A stretch of 63,927 bases of DNA, the filler included, from Barthelona sp. PAP020 (lineage: Eukaryota), in NCBI GenBank assembly GCA_040182905.1. It is 3 parts of 3 records of this genome, joined end to end, with 100 filler letters (N's around TTAATTAATTAA, not from the genome) between each part and the next. Parts side by side here need not be neighbours in the genome. Positions count along the whole stretch, not along the records: positions 1 to 24,529 come from JARQWU010000153.1; positions 24,630 to 49,144 come from JARQWU010000154.1; 1 more part is not named here. The stretch is one strand, 5' to 3'. How positions within the stretch are numbered: the stretch's first letter is position 1; each line of letters starts with the position of its first letter. The notes beneath the pieces were generated by a model. It searched no databases. It was not told the DNA's origin and saw only the letters and a program-made list of their open reading frames with translations. A program made the translations under genes and the position numbers. Shown here piece after piece: positions 19,101 to 27,271 of this stretch.

Positions 19101-22100
19101 AAATACAGATAAAGCATGAGAAGGAGTGTATTCCTTACCACCAATACCATAAATACCACAAAGAACTTCAATTTCAGGACGATTTTTAAACAAAGATTCA
19201 GAAACGGAAAGATAAAGAGGAGGCATAGAATTGTATTCAAGTGTTTTATCAAGAACTGTAACACACTTAACTGTGGAAGGCAAAGCAGAAAGAAGATGCT
19301 TGGTTGAGAAGGGTCTGAATAAACGTACTTTAATCAAACCTACCTTTTGACCTTGATTATTCAAGTACTTGACAGTTTCTTCAGTAGCATTAGCACAGGA
19401 AGACATCATAACAATGACATGTTCAGCATCCTTTGCACCAACATAATCAAAGAGATGATATTGACGACCAATAAGATTGGCAAAACGATTCATGCAGTCT
19501 TCAACAGCTTCAGGAACAGCTAAGAAATGTTCTTCGGCAGTTTGTTCAAATTGCCAGAAAGTATCTGCATTTTCAACACCTCCACGTGCGGTAGGTTTAT
19601 AATTATTCATAACACCACCACTGGATCTATATTTAGTCAATGCTTCAAAATTGTATAAAGATTTCATTTCTTCAGTAGTTAAGACATCAATCTTTGAAAC
19701 TTCATGAGAAACACGCATACCATCAAAGAAATGAACAATAGGAACACGAGTTTCAATTGTAGCAAGATGTGAAATGACAGCAAGATCATGAGCTTCTTGA
19801 ACTGAATTGGAAGATAACATCGACCATCCAGTTTGACGAATACTCATAACATCTGTATGATCACAGAAAATATTCATAGCTTGACCAGCAATAACACGAG
19901 AAGCAACATGGAAAACGCAAGGTTGCAATTCAGATGACATCTTGTACATATTTGGAACCATGAGTAACAATCCTTGAGAACAAGTATACGTTGAAGTAAG
20001 AGATCCGGTAACACTGGCACCATGAAGAGCACCTGAAACACCACCTTCAGATTGCATTTGTGTGGAAGGAACAGTACGTCCAAAAATGTTTAATCTTTGA
20101 TCAGAACCCCACTTGTCTGCATATTCACACATTGGTGAGGAAGGTGTGATAGGATAAAGGAAAGACATATCAGAATAAGCATAACCAGCAGTAATAGCTG
20201 CAGTATTTCCATCCATAGTCATCCAATTGGGTTGACGAGGTTTAACCAAATCAACAACAGGTTTAATGCTTCTCAAAACAAAATCAGCCTTGATTTCAGG
20301 TTGACTTCCTTTTGCCATTTCAGTAAGTCTTTCACCAACTTCTAACATTTGTTGAAGAGAAAGATGCTTATGATTAACATCATCTTCAAGGGCTTTTTGT
20401 AATTCTTCAGCTCTTTCAGGATGAGTTCTCAAAAGAGAAGAGAAACGTACTTCATTTTCAAGTAATTCTCTTAAAGGTTTCTTTGCAGGCTTATGATCAA
20501 TTTGAAGAGGATTCTTACCGGCAGCAACACGACGAGGATCATAACGGTAAAGTGGCCAATAACCAGTTTCAACAGCCAACGCTCCTTCAAAAACAGCAGA
20601 AGCAAGTCCCTTCTTAATACCATGATTAATACAAGGACAGTAAGCAAGAATAATAGAAGGACCATCATATTCTTCTGCTTCTTTGATAGCTTTTAATGCT
20701 TGAGTTCTGTTGGCACCAATGGAAATTGAAGCAACATAAACACCACCAATATTCATAGCATGAAGACCAAGATCTTTTTTGCGTTGATTTTTACCTAAAG
20801 CGGCAAATCTAGCTACAGCAGCACGAGGAGAAGCCTTAGAAACTTGTCCACCTGTATTAGAATAAACTTCAGTATCCATAACAAAAATGTTAGCATTCAA
20901 ACCCATATTAAGAACTTGGTCAAGACCACCAAATCCAATATCATAGGCCCAACCATCACCACCAATAATCCATGGAACTGGACGAACAAAAAGATGATAG
21001 TTATCCTTAATGGTTTGAAGTAAAAGTGAAGATTCAAGAGGTTCAATCAATTCATTAATTGAATCGGCAAGTTCTTGGGGAACAGTAACATCTTCATCAT
21101 ATAAAGCGATCCATTTCTTCAAAAGACCTTTCAAATCATCAGAAATGTTGGTTTCCAATAAAGCTTCAACATCATGTCTGAGATGAACCCTACGATTCTT
21201 TAAACCAATAGTCATTCCCAAACCAAATTCAGCAGCATCTTCAAACAAAGTACCCGCGAAGGAAGGTCCATGACCACGTTCATTTTGAGCCCATGCTGAG
21301 ACAGGATACATACCTCCCCAAACAAGAGAACAACCACAAGCATCAGCAATGTACAATTTTTCTTGGAAAAGTTGTGTGATTAATTTAACATGTGCAGTTT
21401 CCATACATCCAGCACATGCACCAGAAAATTCTAAGAAAGGTGTATGATATTGAACATCTTTCATGCTCTTGGAATCAAAAGAATCTCCATGTTTCTTTAC
21501 ATGAGTTGAATATTCGTGATTAAGAACATCACCTGCTGCTTCATCCAAAGGAACCATGGACAAGGCACCTTTCTTACAAACAGTAGAACAAACAGAACAA
21601 CCCATACAATCCAATGGAGAAACCTGGATTCTGTAAGATAACTCATCAGGATTTTTACCTTTAACTTTAACAGTTTCAAAAGTAGAAGGTGCAGTTTTCA
21701 ATTCTTCAGGATCTACTAAAGAAGGTCTAATAGCTGCATGAGAACAAACAGCGGTACAATCGTTACATTGAATACATTTAGCTGAATCCCAAATAGGAAC
21801 TTTTAATGCAACTCCTCTCTTTTCAAAACAAGTTGTACCAGTAGGGATAGCTCCTCCTTTTGCTTGAACAAATTTAGAAACAGGCAATAAATCACCCATT
21901 TGTCTTCCAACTGGAGCAACAATCTCTTTAAACCATTCAGAAGCATCTTTAGGTGGTTGATATTCATCAACAGCATCCAAAAGAGCCCAACTTTCAGGAT
22001 AAGCAATTTCAATGGTTGCTGCCAAAGCTTGATCAATAGCTTCAATATTTGAATCAACAACGGCTTGTCCTTTCTTTGAAAAAGTCTTAACGACAGCATT

Positions 22101-23861
22101 CTTCAACAATTCAACAGCTTGATCAACAGGTAAAACATTTGCCATACTAAAGAAAGCTGTTTGCATCACCATATTAATTCTACCAGTCAAACCAACACGA
22201 TCAGCAATAGCAAAAGCGTCGATTACAACAAACTTCAATTTTCTTACTGCAATGATTTTCTTCATTGTTGAGGGTAATTTCTTTTCTAATTCCTTTAAAT
22301 CCTTCCAGGAACAATTCAAAACAAAAGTAGCTCCTTGTTTAGCAGTACATAACATATCAAATTGAGTGATATAAGCAGGATTATGACAAGCAATATAATC
22401 AGCATCTCTAACACTATATTCAGCATGAATTTCTTCAGGACCAAATCTTAAATGTGAAACAGTGAAACCACCGGATTTCTTTGCATCATATTGGAAATAG
22501 CCCTGACAAAAATTATCAGAATTGTCACCAATAATTTTAATAGCACTCTTATTGGCAGAAACAGTACCATCAGCACCTAAAGCATAGAATAAACATTGTT
22601 TTACATCATCAGAAAGTGCATTTAAATGTTCGGTAACTTCAAGATGAGAATTTAAGAGATCATCAATAATTCCAATATTAAAGTCGTTCTTTGGAATATC
22701 TCTTTTCATATTTTCAAAAACTGCTAAAGCATCACTAGGAATAAATTCCTTTCCACCAATACCATATCTACCAGTGAAAACCTTAATATTAAGTTGTTTT
22801 CTACGACAAGCAGCAACGACATCAAGATATAAAGGTTCACCATTTGAACCTACCTCATGAGTCTTATCTAAAACAGTGATCATGTTAACTGAAGAAGGTA
22901 AAGCTTCAACAAAAAGATCAACAGAAAAAGGACGGAACAAACGGACCTTTAATAAACCAACTTTTTCTCCTCTTTGTACCAAGACCTTAACAACATCTTC
23001 AACAGCAGAAACACCTGATCCCATTAAAATAACAACTCTTTCTGCATCTGGGGCACCAACATAATCAAAAGCATGGTATCTACGACCAGTTAATTTGAAA
23101 AATTGATCCATAGTTTCTTCAACAATTTGAGGAACTTTATCAAAATAAGGTTGGGCAGCATGAACAAATTGCCAAAAAATATCAGGTCCTTCAACACCAC
23201 CTCTTTCATTGGGTTTATCAGCATTAACAATTGCACGATTGCGGAATTCGTTCAATTTTTCAAAAGGATACATTGATGAAATGTCTTCATTCGTCAAAAT
23301 ATCAATCTTATTGACCTCATGAGAAAGACGGAAACCATCAAAGAAGTGTAAAAATGGAACAGATGCTTTCACAGTAGCTAAATGAGAAATTGCACCAAAA
23401 TCATGAGCTTCTTGGACAGATGTAGATGATAACATAGACCAACCGGTTTGACGAACAGCCATTACATCGGAATGGTCACAAAATATATTCATAGCTTGAC
23501 CAGCAATAACTCTTGATGCAACATGGAAAACGCAAGGTTGCAATTCTCCAGCAATTTTATACATTTCAGGTAACATCAATAATAAACCTTGAGAACATGT
23601 GTATGTGGAAGTTAAAGCTCCAGTGACTGTGGCTCCATGAAGTGCACCAGAAACACCACCTTCAGATTGCATTTGAATGCAATCAACAACCTCTCCAAAA
23701 ATATTTTTTCTATTTTGGCCAGCCCATGTATCTGCCATCTCACACATTGGTGAAGATGGAGTAATTGGATAAAGGAAAGCTAAATCAGAACATGCATAAC
23801 CTGCTTGAATAGCTGCGGTATTTCCATCAACAGAATGATAATTTGGCTTACGATCTTGCAT
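14061..23861 (-). CDS. Fusion protein PFO-PFO-flavodoxin-formate dehydrogenase (Mo/W-bis-PGD), 3266 aa
   Basis: One uninterrupted ORF from ATG 23861 (MQDRKPNYHSVDGN...) containing two full PFO units, a flavodoxin and an FdhF-like catalytic subunit; see domain features. Confidence 0.92.
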   Translation of the reverse strand: MQDRKPNYHSVDGNTAAIQAGYACSDLAFLYPITPSSPMCEMADTWAGQNRKNIFGEVVDCIQMQSEGGVSGALHGATVTGALTSTYTCSQGLLLMLPEMYKIAGELQPCVFHVASRVIAGQAMNIFCDHSDVMAVRQTGWSMLSSTSVQEAHDFGAISHLATVKASVPFLHFFDGFRLSHEVNKIDILTNEDISSMYPFEKLNEFRNRAIVNADKPNERGGVEGPDIFWQFVHAAQPYFDKVPQIVEETMDQFFKLTGRRYHAFDYVGAPDAERVVILMGSGVSAVEDVVKVLVQRGEKVGLLKVRLFRPFSVDLFVEALPSSVNMITVLDKTHEVGSNGEPLYLDVVAACRRKQLNIKVFTGRYGIGGKEFIPSDALAVFENMKRDIPKNDFNIGIIDDLLNSHLEVTEHLNALSDDVKQCLFYALGADGTVSANKSAIKIIGDNSDNFCQGYFQYDAKKSGGFTVSHLRFGPEEIHAEYSVRDADYIACHNPAYITQFDMLCTAKQGATFVLNCSWKDLKELEKKLPSTMKKIIAVRKLKFVVIDAFAIADRVGLTGRINMVMQTAFFSMANVLPVDQAVELLKNAVVKTFSKKGQAVVDSNIEAIDQALAATIEIAYPESWALLDAVDEYQPPKDASEWFKEIVAPVGRQMGDLLPVSKFVQAKGGAIPTGTTCFEKRGVALKVPIWDSAKCIQCNDCTAVCSHAAIRPSLVDPEELKTAPSTFETVKVKGKNPDELSYRIQVSPLDCMGCSVCSTVCKKGALSMVPLDEAAGDVLNHEYSTHVKKHGDSFDSKSMKDVQYHTPFLEFSGACAGCMETAHVKLITQLFQEKLYIADACGCSLVWGGMYPVSAWAQNERGHGPSFAGTLFEDAAEFGLGMTIGLKNRRVHLRHDVEALLETNISDDLKGLLKKWIALYDEDVTVPQELADSINELIEPLESSLLLQTIKDNYHLFVRPVPWIIGGDGWAYDIGFGGLDQVLNMGLNANIFVMDTEVYSNTGGQVSKASPRAAVARFAALGKNQRKKDLGLHAMNIGGVYVASISIGANRTQALKAIKEAEEYDGPSIILAYCPCINHGIKKGLASAVFEGALAVETGYWPLYRYDPRRVAAGKNPLQIDHKPAKKPLRELLENEVRFSSLLRTHPERAEELQKALEDDVNHKHLSLQQMLEVGERLTEMAKGSQPEIKADFVLRSIKPVVDLVKPRQPNWMTMDGNTAAITAGYAYSDMSFLYPITPSSPMCEYADKWGSDQRLNIFGRTVPSTQMQSEGGVSGALHGASVTGSLTSTYTCSQGLLLMVPNMYKMSSELQPCVFHVASRVIAGQAMNIFCDHTDVMSIRQTGWSMLSSNSVQEAHDLAVISHLATIETRVPIVHFFDGMRVSHEVSKIDVLTTEEMKSLYNFEALTKYRSSGGVMNNYKPTARGGVENADTFWQFEQTAEEHFLAVPEAVEDCMNRFANLIGRQYHLFDYVGAKDAEHVIVMMSSCANATEETVKYLNNQGQKVGLIKVRLFRPFSTKHLLSALPSTVKCVTVLDKTLEYNSMPPLYLSVSESLFKNRPEIEVLCGIYGIGGKEYTPSHALSVFKNGFETEKRDFFTVGLNDDLTFSNLVVDKEINTMEETTKQCLFYALGADGTVGANKEAVKIIGDNTDYYCQGYFQYDAKKSGGFTTSHLRFGPTEIKSAYHVNNADYVACHNAAYVQMYDLLANAKEGAAFVINCDWQTIEACDKNIPARLRKDIADKKIKLYTIHATNIAENVGLTGRINMVMQTVFFKLSEVIEIDHAINLLKDGIKRTYGKKGDAVVNKNIAAVDQALSHLTAIDYPLSWSDLETLPLVRPELYPDAPEWFKNVVLPHMHQKGHTIPVSKFVPAIGGLVPIGTSQYEKRGVALKVPSWDSNKCIQCNECVAVCPHASIRPIVVESENEFNIHGIEMKGKNKGHEFSIQISPLDCLGCHVCASACPKDALTMGGKSIDQIETWKIIEENALDEKAGKLFNDKGVKNAMMQKPYLQYSAACAGCGETAHIKMVTQLWGDRLYLSDSCGCSLVWGGTYPASAWAKDSNGRGPAFLGTLFEDTAEFGLGVKVGLEKMRERLQYFVKLYLPEADSNVKPLLEEWLNTSDPSRELCDKLNNFFVGEGSDLEKSIYTLKHLFIRPVAWTMGGDGWAYDIGYGGLDHVLNMGINCNIFVLDTEVYSNTGGQVSKSSPRSAVARFAAAGKGQAKKDLGLLAMGIGSVYVASIAVNANPAQALKAIKEAEEYDGPSIILAYSPCINHGINNVNGQTYSQAQLAVECGYWPLYRYNPANIAKGKNPLSIDSKPPKGSVRDFLLNENRFRTLMKSHPERAEALQSMLEKDLELKNWRISQMKEFHDAHLGAPVEKKVEEVKVEKVEKKKVEKVEEKKVENTEKIAETNMIVLFGSDSGNAEGLANTIAKKLNVPIKPMNAETAKELETNDKVIMVTSTVGDGEFPADAESFFNALDSVNVKAQCAICGLGSSDYDLFCQAAISIHDKLVSKNVVMFAPLVKCNEAADDGIEGTFNGFVGKVSASNTEPKAKSTEKKTKKVEKAEISKKIPKTSVDIEDVDRVVTSVCPYCGVGCNIEFQMKHDHIVKVKGAKCAAVNKGSLCIKGMSGMDFLEDHDRLTSPLVRRSDGSFRQATWEEAIELVSKKFKEIKEQYGSNALGGLSSARTSNEDNYIFQKFIRAVFGTNNVDHCARLCHASTVAGLRASFGAGQMTNTFADMEESDMILVIGSNTTEAHPVAALSINRAVKNGAKLVVIDPRAVDLTKKADRHLQIRPGTDIPLLNAIMKIIIEENLHNKKFIETKTKDFDLILPIINNTSVAKSAEICDVSVEAIREVALWYAQAKNATIVYTMGVTQHTHGVANVRSIANLALLCGQIGRPGAGVNPLRGQNNVQGACDLGALPNVYPSYFSVEDKETQERFEKEWGVELSNTIGYSIGEMMNAAHESNFKGMFIMGENPVVTDPNANHVVEALGHLDFLVVSDIFLTETAQLADVVLPAAALAEEDGSVTNTERRVQRIRKVRNAPGLALPDYEIICKISTAMGYLMNYKDVSEITDEMAKMTPSYGGISLDRIDNLDGIHTPCTDKYHPGTPILHRNWFNKPDGLAIFAPCEYTLPAELPNSDYPLVLMTGRQLQHYHSGSMTRRCTKLNKLAPECIVEMNEKDAKVRGINEGDMVKIVSKRGEIVAKCAFKRVRQGDIFIPFHYAEAAANKLTNDVCDPIAKIPELKFCAVQVMKEN
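16218..16613 (-). other. Domain: flavodoxin (FMN-binding, CPR/PNO-type; approximate bounds)
   Basis: LFGSDSGNAEGLA phosphate loop, VTSTVGDGEFPADA, GLGSSDYDLFC. Confidence 0.9.
16755..20240 (-). other. Domain: pyruvate:ferredoxin oxidoreductase unit 2 (approximate bounds)
   Basis: YPITP, MQSEGG, GADGTVG, CIQCNEC...CP / CLGCHVC...CP, ACAGC, CGCS, GGDGWAYDIG, DTEVYSNTGGQ, PCINHG. Confidence 0.95.
20345..23861 (-). other. Domain: pyruvate:ferredoxin oxidoreductase unit 1 (approximate bounds)
   Basis: YPITP, MQSEGG, GADGTV, CIQCNDC...C / CMGCSVC...C 2[4Fe-4S] domain, ACAGC, CGCS, GGDGWAYDIG, DTEVYSNTGGQ, PCINHG. Confidence 0.95.
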
Positions 23862-24529
23862 TTGTAAATTGAAACACAACGTAAAAATTTAACAATGAAA
23901 ATGGAAAATGAAGTTTTGAAAATCCTGCAGGTGTGAAAGACTTCTCGAGAAGAATTTTTTTTCAAAGTTCTGAATAATTAATCAACCTCAATTGTTGCAC
24001 ACGAAACGGTTATTGATGTCAAAAATACTTTAAATTTATCGAAATTTTTGGATTTATGAAAAGGTTATTTCATACTTCCAAATGTAATTATTTTTACAAT
24101 GTTTTATTGCCACGTAATACAATTTTGAATATTTTATTGGTTATTTCACTTTAGAAAAAAATTATTTTGTATTTTCTATTCCTTTAAAATTTGTTTTGGA
24201 AAATGAGCCTTATTATTTTATTTTATTCATTTTGCAATTCAAATCAGGAAACAAAATTTGAAAAAATTTTGAATTGAGTGAAAATTCACCCCTTGTTTCC
24301 TGTACCAAAGAACTTTTTTTTTTGCTTTTGTTTTTTCAAGTAAATGAGTAATCTTTTATGAGACATATGATTTTTGTAATATTTTCCTTCGTATTGCAAT
24401 CAACAAAAGTTTTTCAAATGACTAGTCTTCTTTTCATAAATGTGTGGATTCTATATGTTAATTTCTTATTTATAAATTGTTGTTTTTTGTTTACCCACAT
24501 TTTACAACCTTTTTTTTTTTTTTTTTTTT

Positions 24530-24629
24530 NNNNNNNNNNNNNNNNNNNNNNNNNNNNNNNNNNNNNNNNNNNNTTAATTAATTAANNNNNNNNNNNNNNN
24601 NNNNNNNNNNNNNNNNNNNNNNNNNNNNN
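24530..24629. other. Artificial contig spacer
   Basis: 44 N + TTAATTAATTAA (stops in all six frames) + 44 N. Confidence 0.97.
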
Positions 24630-25402
24630 GTAAAACTTTCCTTTAGCCCCTTGATTCGCTTTAATGTCTCCACTTATGTTCTCTTTGTAGGACTTTGATA
24701 TTCCATGTTGACCTAATTTATTTGCTTGTATCCTTAATCTTTGAATTCTCCAATTACTGTTATTAATACTTGAGCTTTTCAATTTTGATACCCATTTACA
24801 TCAGAAATTGCAAGAAGAAACCTTAAACACATGTGTATTCTCTTTTAAATGAAATCCGTCGGTTTTGCTACGAACACTTCTTGTTCTGATTCTGGTTTAT
24901 AAAAAGCTTGCCCTTTATTAAAAAATAATCCTCTTTCTTTTTTATCATATTGATTTAATTTTATGGAATATTCTAGTTTTTAATAATACAGACCGGTTCA
25001 AAGATAACAAGAAATTTTTTGAGAGAGTAAATTGTCTTATTTTCTTGCTCAAATGGTTTTTGTTGAAAGTTGAAACTTTGCAAAACCAATCTTAGATTTT
25101 GAGTGATTTAGCATATGGAAAGTTGGCAAGAATAATATGGGATACAGTTTGGATGACTTGAACATCTCCCAGTTCTCTTTAATTTGGGGCGGTTGTAAAA
25201 ATGCATACAATGGGAAGTGGATTTCCACCTCTAATAAATAATTCTGATTATTAGGCAATTGTTTATAATATAAGTTTGGTTAAACCCTCACTTAGGTCTT
25301 TTCAAAAGATTGCACTGAATGATTATGATTGCCTCTTTCTTTTGTTCTCTTCTTTCTTATGAAAAAAAAAATGACAAAGTTTATGGCGTCCAATAATCCG
25401 GT

Positions 25403-26506
25403 TTAAAAATGATGGGATAAGCTCATTCCAATACCTCCAAACATTTCTGCTTTGAGTTCAGGAACTTTGTTTTCAATCTCTTCTTCCTTCTCTTCTTCTT
25501 CTTCTTCTTCTTCTTCTTCTTCTTCTTCTTCTTCTCTTTCAAGTCTTTCTCTTTCTCTTTTCATCATTTCTTCTTCTTCTATATCTCTTCTTTCGGCTTC
25601 TTCTTCCATATCTCTTTCAATATCAATTGGAGTTTTATACATTGTTCTGGCTTGTTTTTCATGAGCACATTCGGAGATCATGATGTTAGCATACTCTTCT
25701 TCTAATGCTTCTATTATTTTGTTATTTGTAGGAAGTTCTGTTTCTTCAATCATTGATATTTTCATAATCATTTGAGTTGACGAAACAATAATTGCGGCTT
25801 TTGCATTCTTTAAAGTGTCTGTGTGGAAATTTTGAATCCTACAGGGAATATTTAATTTCTTGGCAATGTTGATTATTTCCTGTCTTGTAAAACCGTCAAA
25901 TACTTTTGGTCCACTTGGTGGAGTTACTAACTCATTCTGATTGTTGATAATGAATACATTTCCATGTGAGGATTGAAATACGTTGTCATCATGTCGGTCA
26001 AAATAAATTACATCTTCAAAACCTCTAGTTTTGAGATCCTTCAGTAATAATAATGAAGGTAATAAACTAGTAGTCTTTACATTACAAGTATATGCTCTTG
26101 GATCTGGACAAAGAGCAACTTTGAGGGTGTTTTCCTTAGTTAACTCAGGTATCCATCTACTTTCACAAGAAATGAATAAATTTGGTTCAAAATTATCTGG
26201 AATAAACCAATATCCTCCATGAAAATTACCTGGAGTTGCTAATAGTGTACAAGTCCCCAGTCCAATCAAATTTCTTTCAACCAGAAATTGAATTTGTTTG
26301 TTCAAGAATTCTTCATCGAATTCAAAGTTCAATTCCAATTTTTTACAATTTTTGAGAAATCTTTGAACATGTTGTTTTAATCTGAAACAATTGTAGTCAC
26401 AAATAGGAATGATCTCATAGACACCTGTTCCATAAAGCAATCCCATTTCATTTGTAACTGAAAATTTGGGATCTTCCAAAAATTCACCGTTTTTCCAGTA
26501 TAACAT
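25403..26506 (-). CDS. PLP-dependent aminotransferase class IV (D-amino-acid aminotransferase/BCAT-like) with poly-Glu tail; alternative ATG at 26551
   Basis: YWKNGEF, GLLYGTGVYE, FRLKQHVQRF, Schiff-base Lys in NVKTTSLL, GNVF, DGFTR, SSTQMI. Confidence 0.85.
   Translation of the reverse strand: MLYWKNGEFLEDPKFSVTNEMGLLYGTGVYEIIPICDYNCFRLKQHVQRFLKNCKKLELNFEFDEEFLNKQIQFLVERNLIGLGTCTLLATPGNFHGGYWFIPDNFEPNLFISCESRWIPELTKENTLKVALCPDPRAYTCNVKTTSLLPSLLLLKDLKTRGFEDVIYFDRHDDNVFQSSHGNVFIINNQNELVTPPSGPKVFDGFTRQEIINIAKKLNIPCRIQNFHTDTLKNAKAAIIVSSTQMIMKISMIEETELPTNNKIIEALEEEYANIMISECAHEKQARTMYKTPIDIERDMEEEAERRDIEEEEMMKRERERLEREEEEEEEEEEEEEEEKEEEIENKVPELKAEMFGGIGMSLSHHF
25480..25620. repeat. (TTC)n/GAA microsatellite encoding poly-Glu
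   Basis: Run of TTC triplets on the plus strand. Confidence 0.85.
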
Positions 26507-26650
26507 GGTAAAAAAATATAAATTAAACTGTTTATATGATTGTGTTTGCATTTACTAATAAAGGAATGTTTTTTTGAAAACCTTGCCTGAGCTCTTTTTT
26601 AAATTTCCTCTTCTTTTTCTTATTTCAAATATATGAGACAAAAATAGTAA

Positions 26651-27187
26651 ATGAAGCTGTCAATAAACGAAGTTTATTTTTCAAATTATTCAGTGCAACA
26701 GAATTTCAAATTTCATATTTGGATGAGTGAGATTAATGATAATAATGCAAACACTGAAAAGGATTTTGATACTTCTCAAGGATATGTTGATATAATTAAA
26801 CAAAACATTCATCAATCAAAATTGTTTCAACGAAATGAAAAACTCCAAGCATTGGTTACGAAATCCTTTCACATTTTGAATTTGGATGCTGATTGTCGTT
26901 TATTAGAGGCAGATATTCGTCAAAGAATGAATACTATTCAAGATCTTGAGAAGGTTGCTCAGGAAATTGAAAAAGAATTTGTTGCCTATGACTTATCTTT
27001 AAGAAATACTGAAAATAAAGGAAGTGGTGTTGGTTTATCATTTATCGCTCAAACCAAAAAATGCGAAAAAGAATATTTGTCAAAAATTTCTTCTCTTCAA
27101 GTATCAGATTGCATATATTATAGTACACATAAACCTTCAAAAATAAAAGCAACAAGGGAAAGAATATTCGACAAAAAAAAATTGTAA
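26651..27187 (+). CDS. Hypothetical coiled-coil protein (start may be the later ATG at 26723)
   Basis: 178-aa ORF with plausible composition; no recognised motif. Confidence 0.45.
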   Translation: MKLSINEVYFSNYSVQQNFKFHIWMSEINDNNANTEKDFDTSQGYVDIIKQNIHQSKLFQRNEKLQALVTKSFHILNLDADCRLLEADIRQRMNTIQDLEKVAQEIEKEFVAYDLSLRNTENKGSGVGLSFIAQTKKCEKEYLSKISSLQVSDCIYYSTHKPSKIKATRERIFDKKKL

Positions 27188-27271
27188 ATGTATATCTCTT
27201 TATCTATTATTTATCACAAATCGAAAACGATAAACATTATGACCAAAGAACTTAATACCGTATTAAGAAAA

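Noticed and set aside
16755..23861. Tandem PFO as a collapsed or duplicated assembly artefact
   Set aside because: The units differ throughout at DNA and protein level and are joined by unique in-frame linkers; a simple duplication artefact would give near-identical copies. Read-level confirmation is still advisable.
14049..23965. Numerous 60-120 aa ORFs overlapping the fusion gene on either strand
   Set aside because: Off-frame or antisense by-products of biased codon usage; no motifs.
24530..24629. N-flanked TTAATTAATTAA palindrome, also at 49145-49244
   Set aside because: Identical 100-nt artificial spacer joining contigs; genes across it are not neighbours and ORFs running into it are artefacts.
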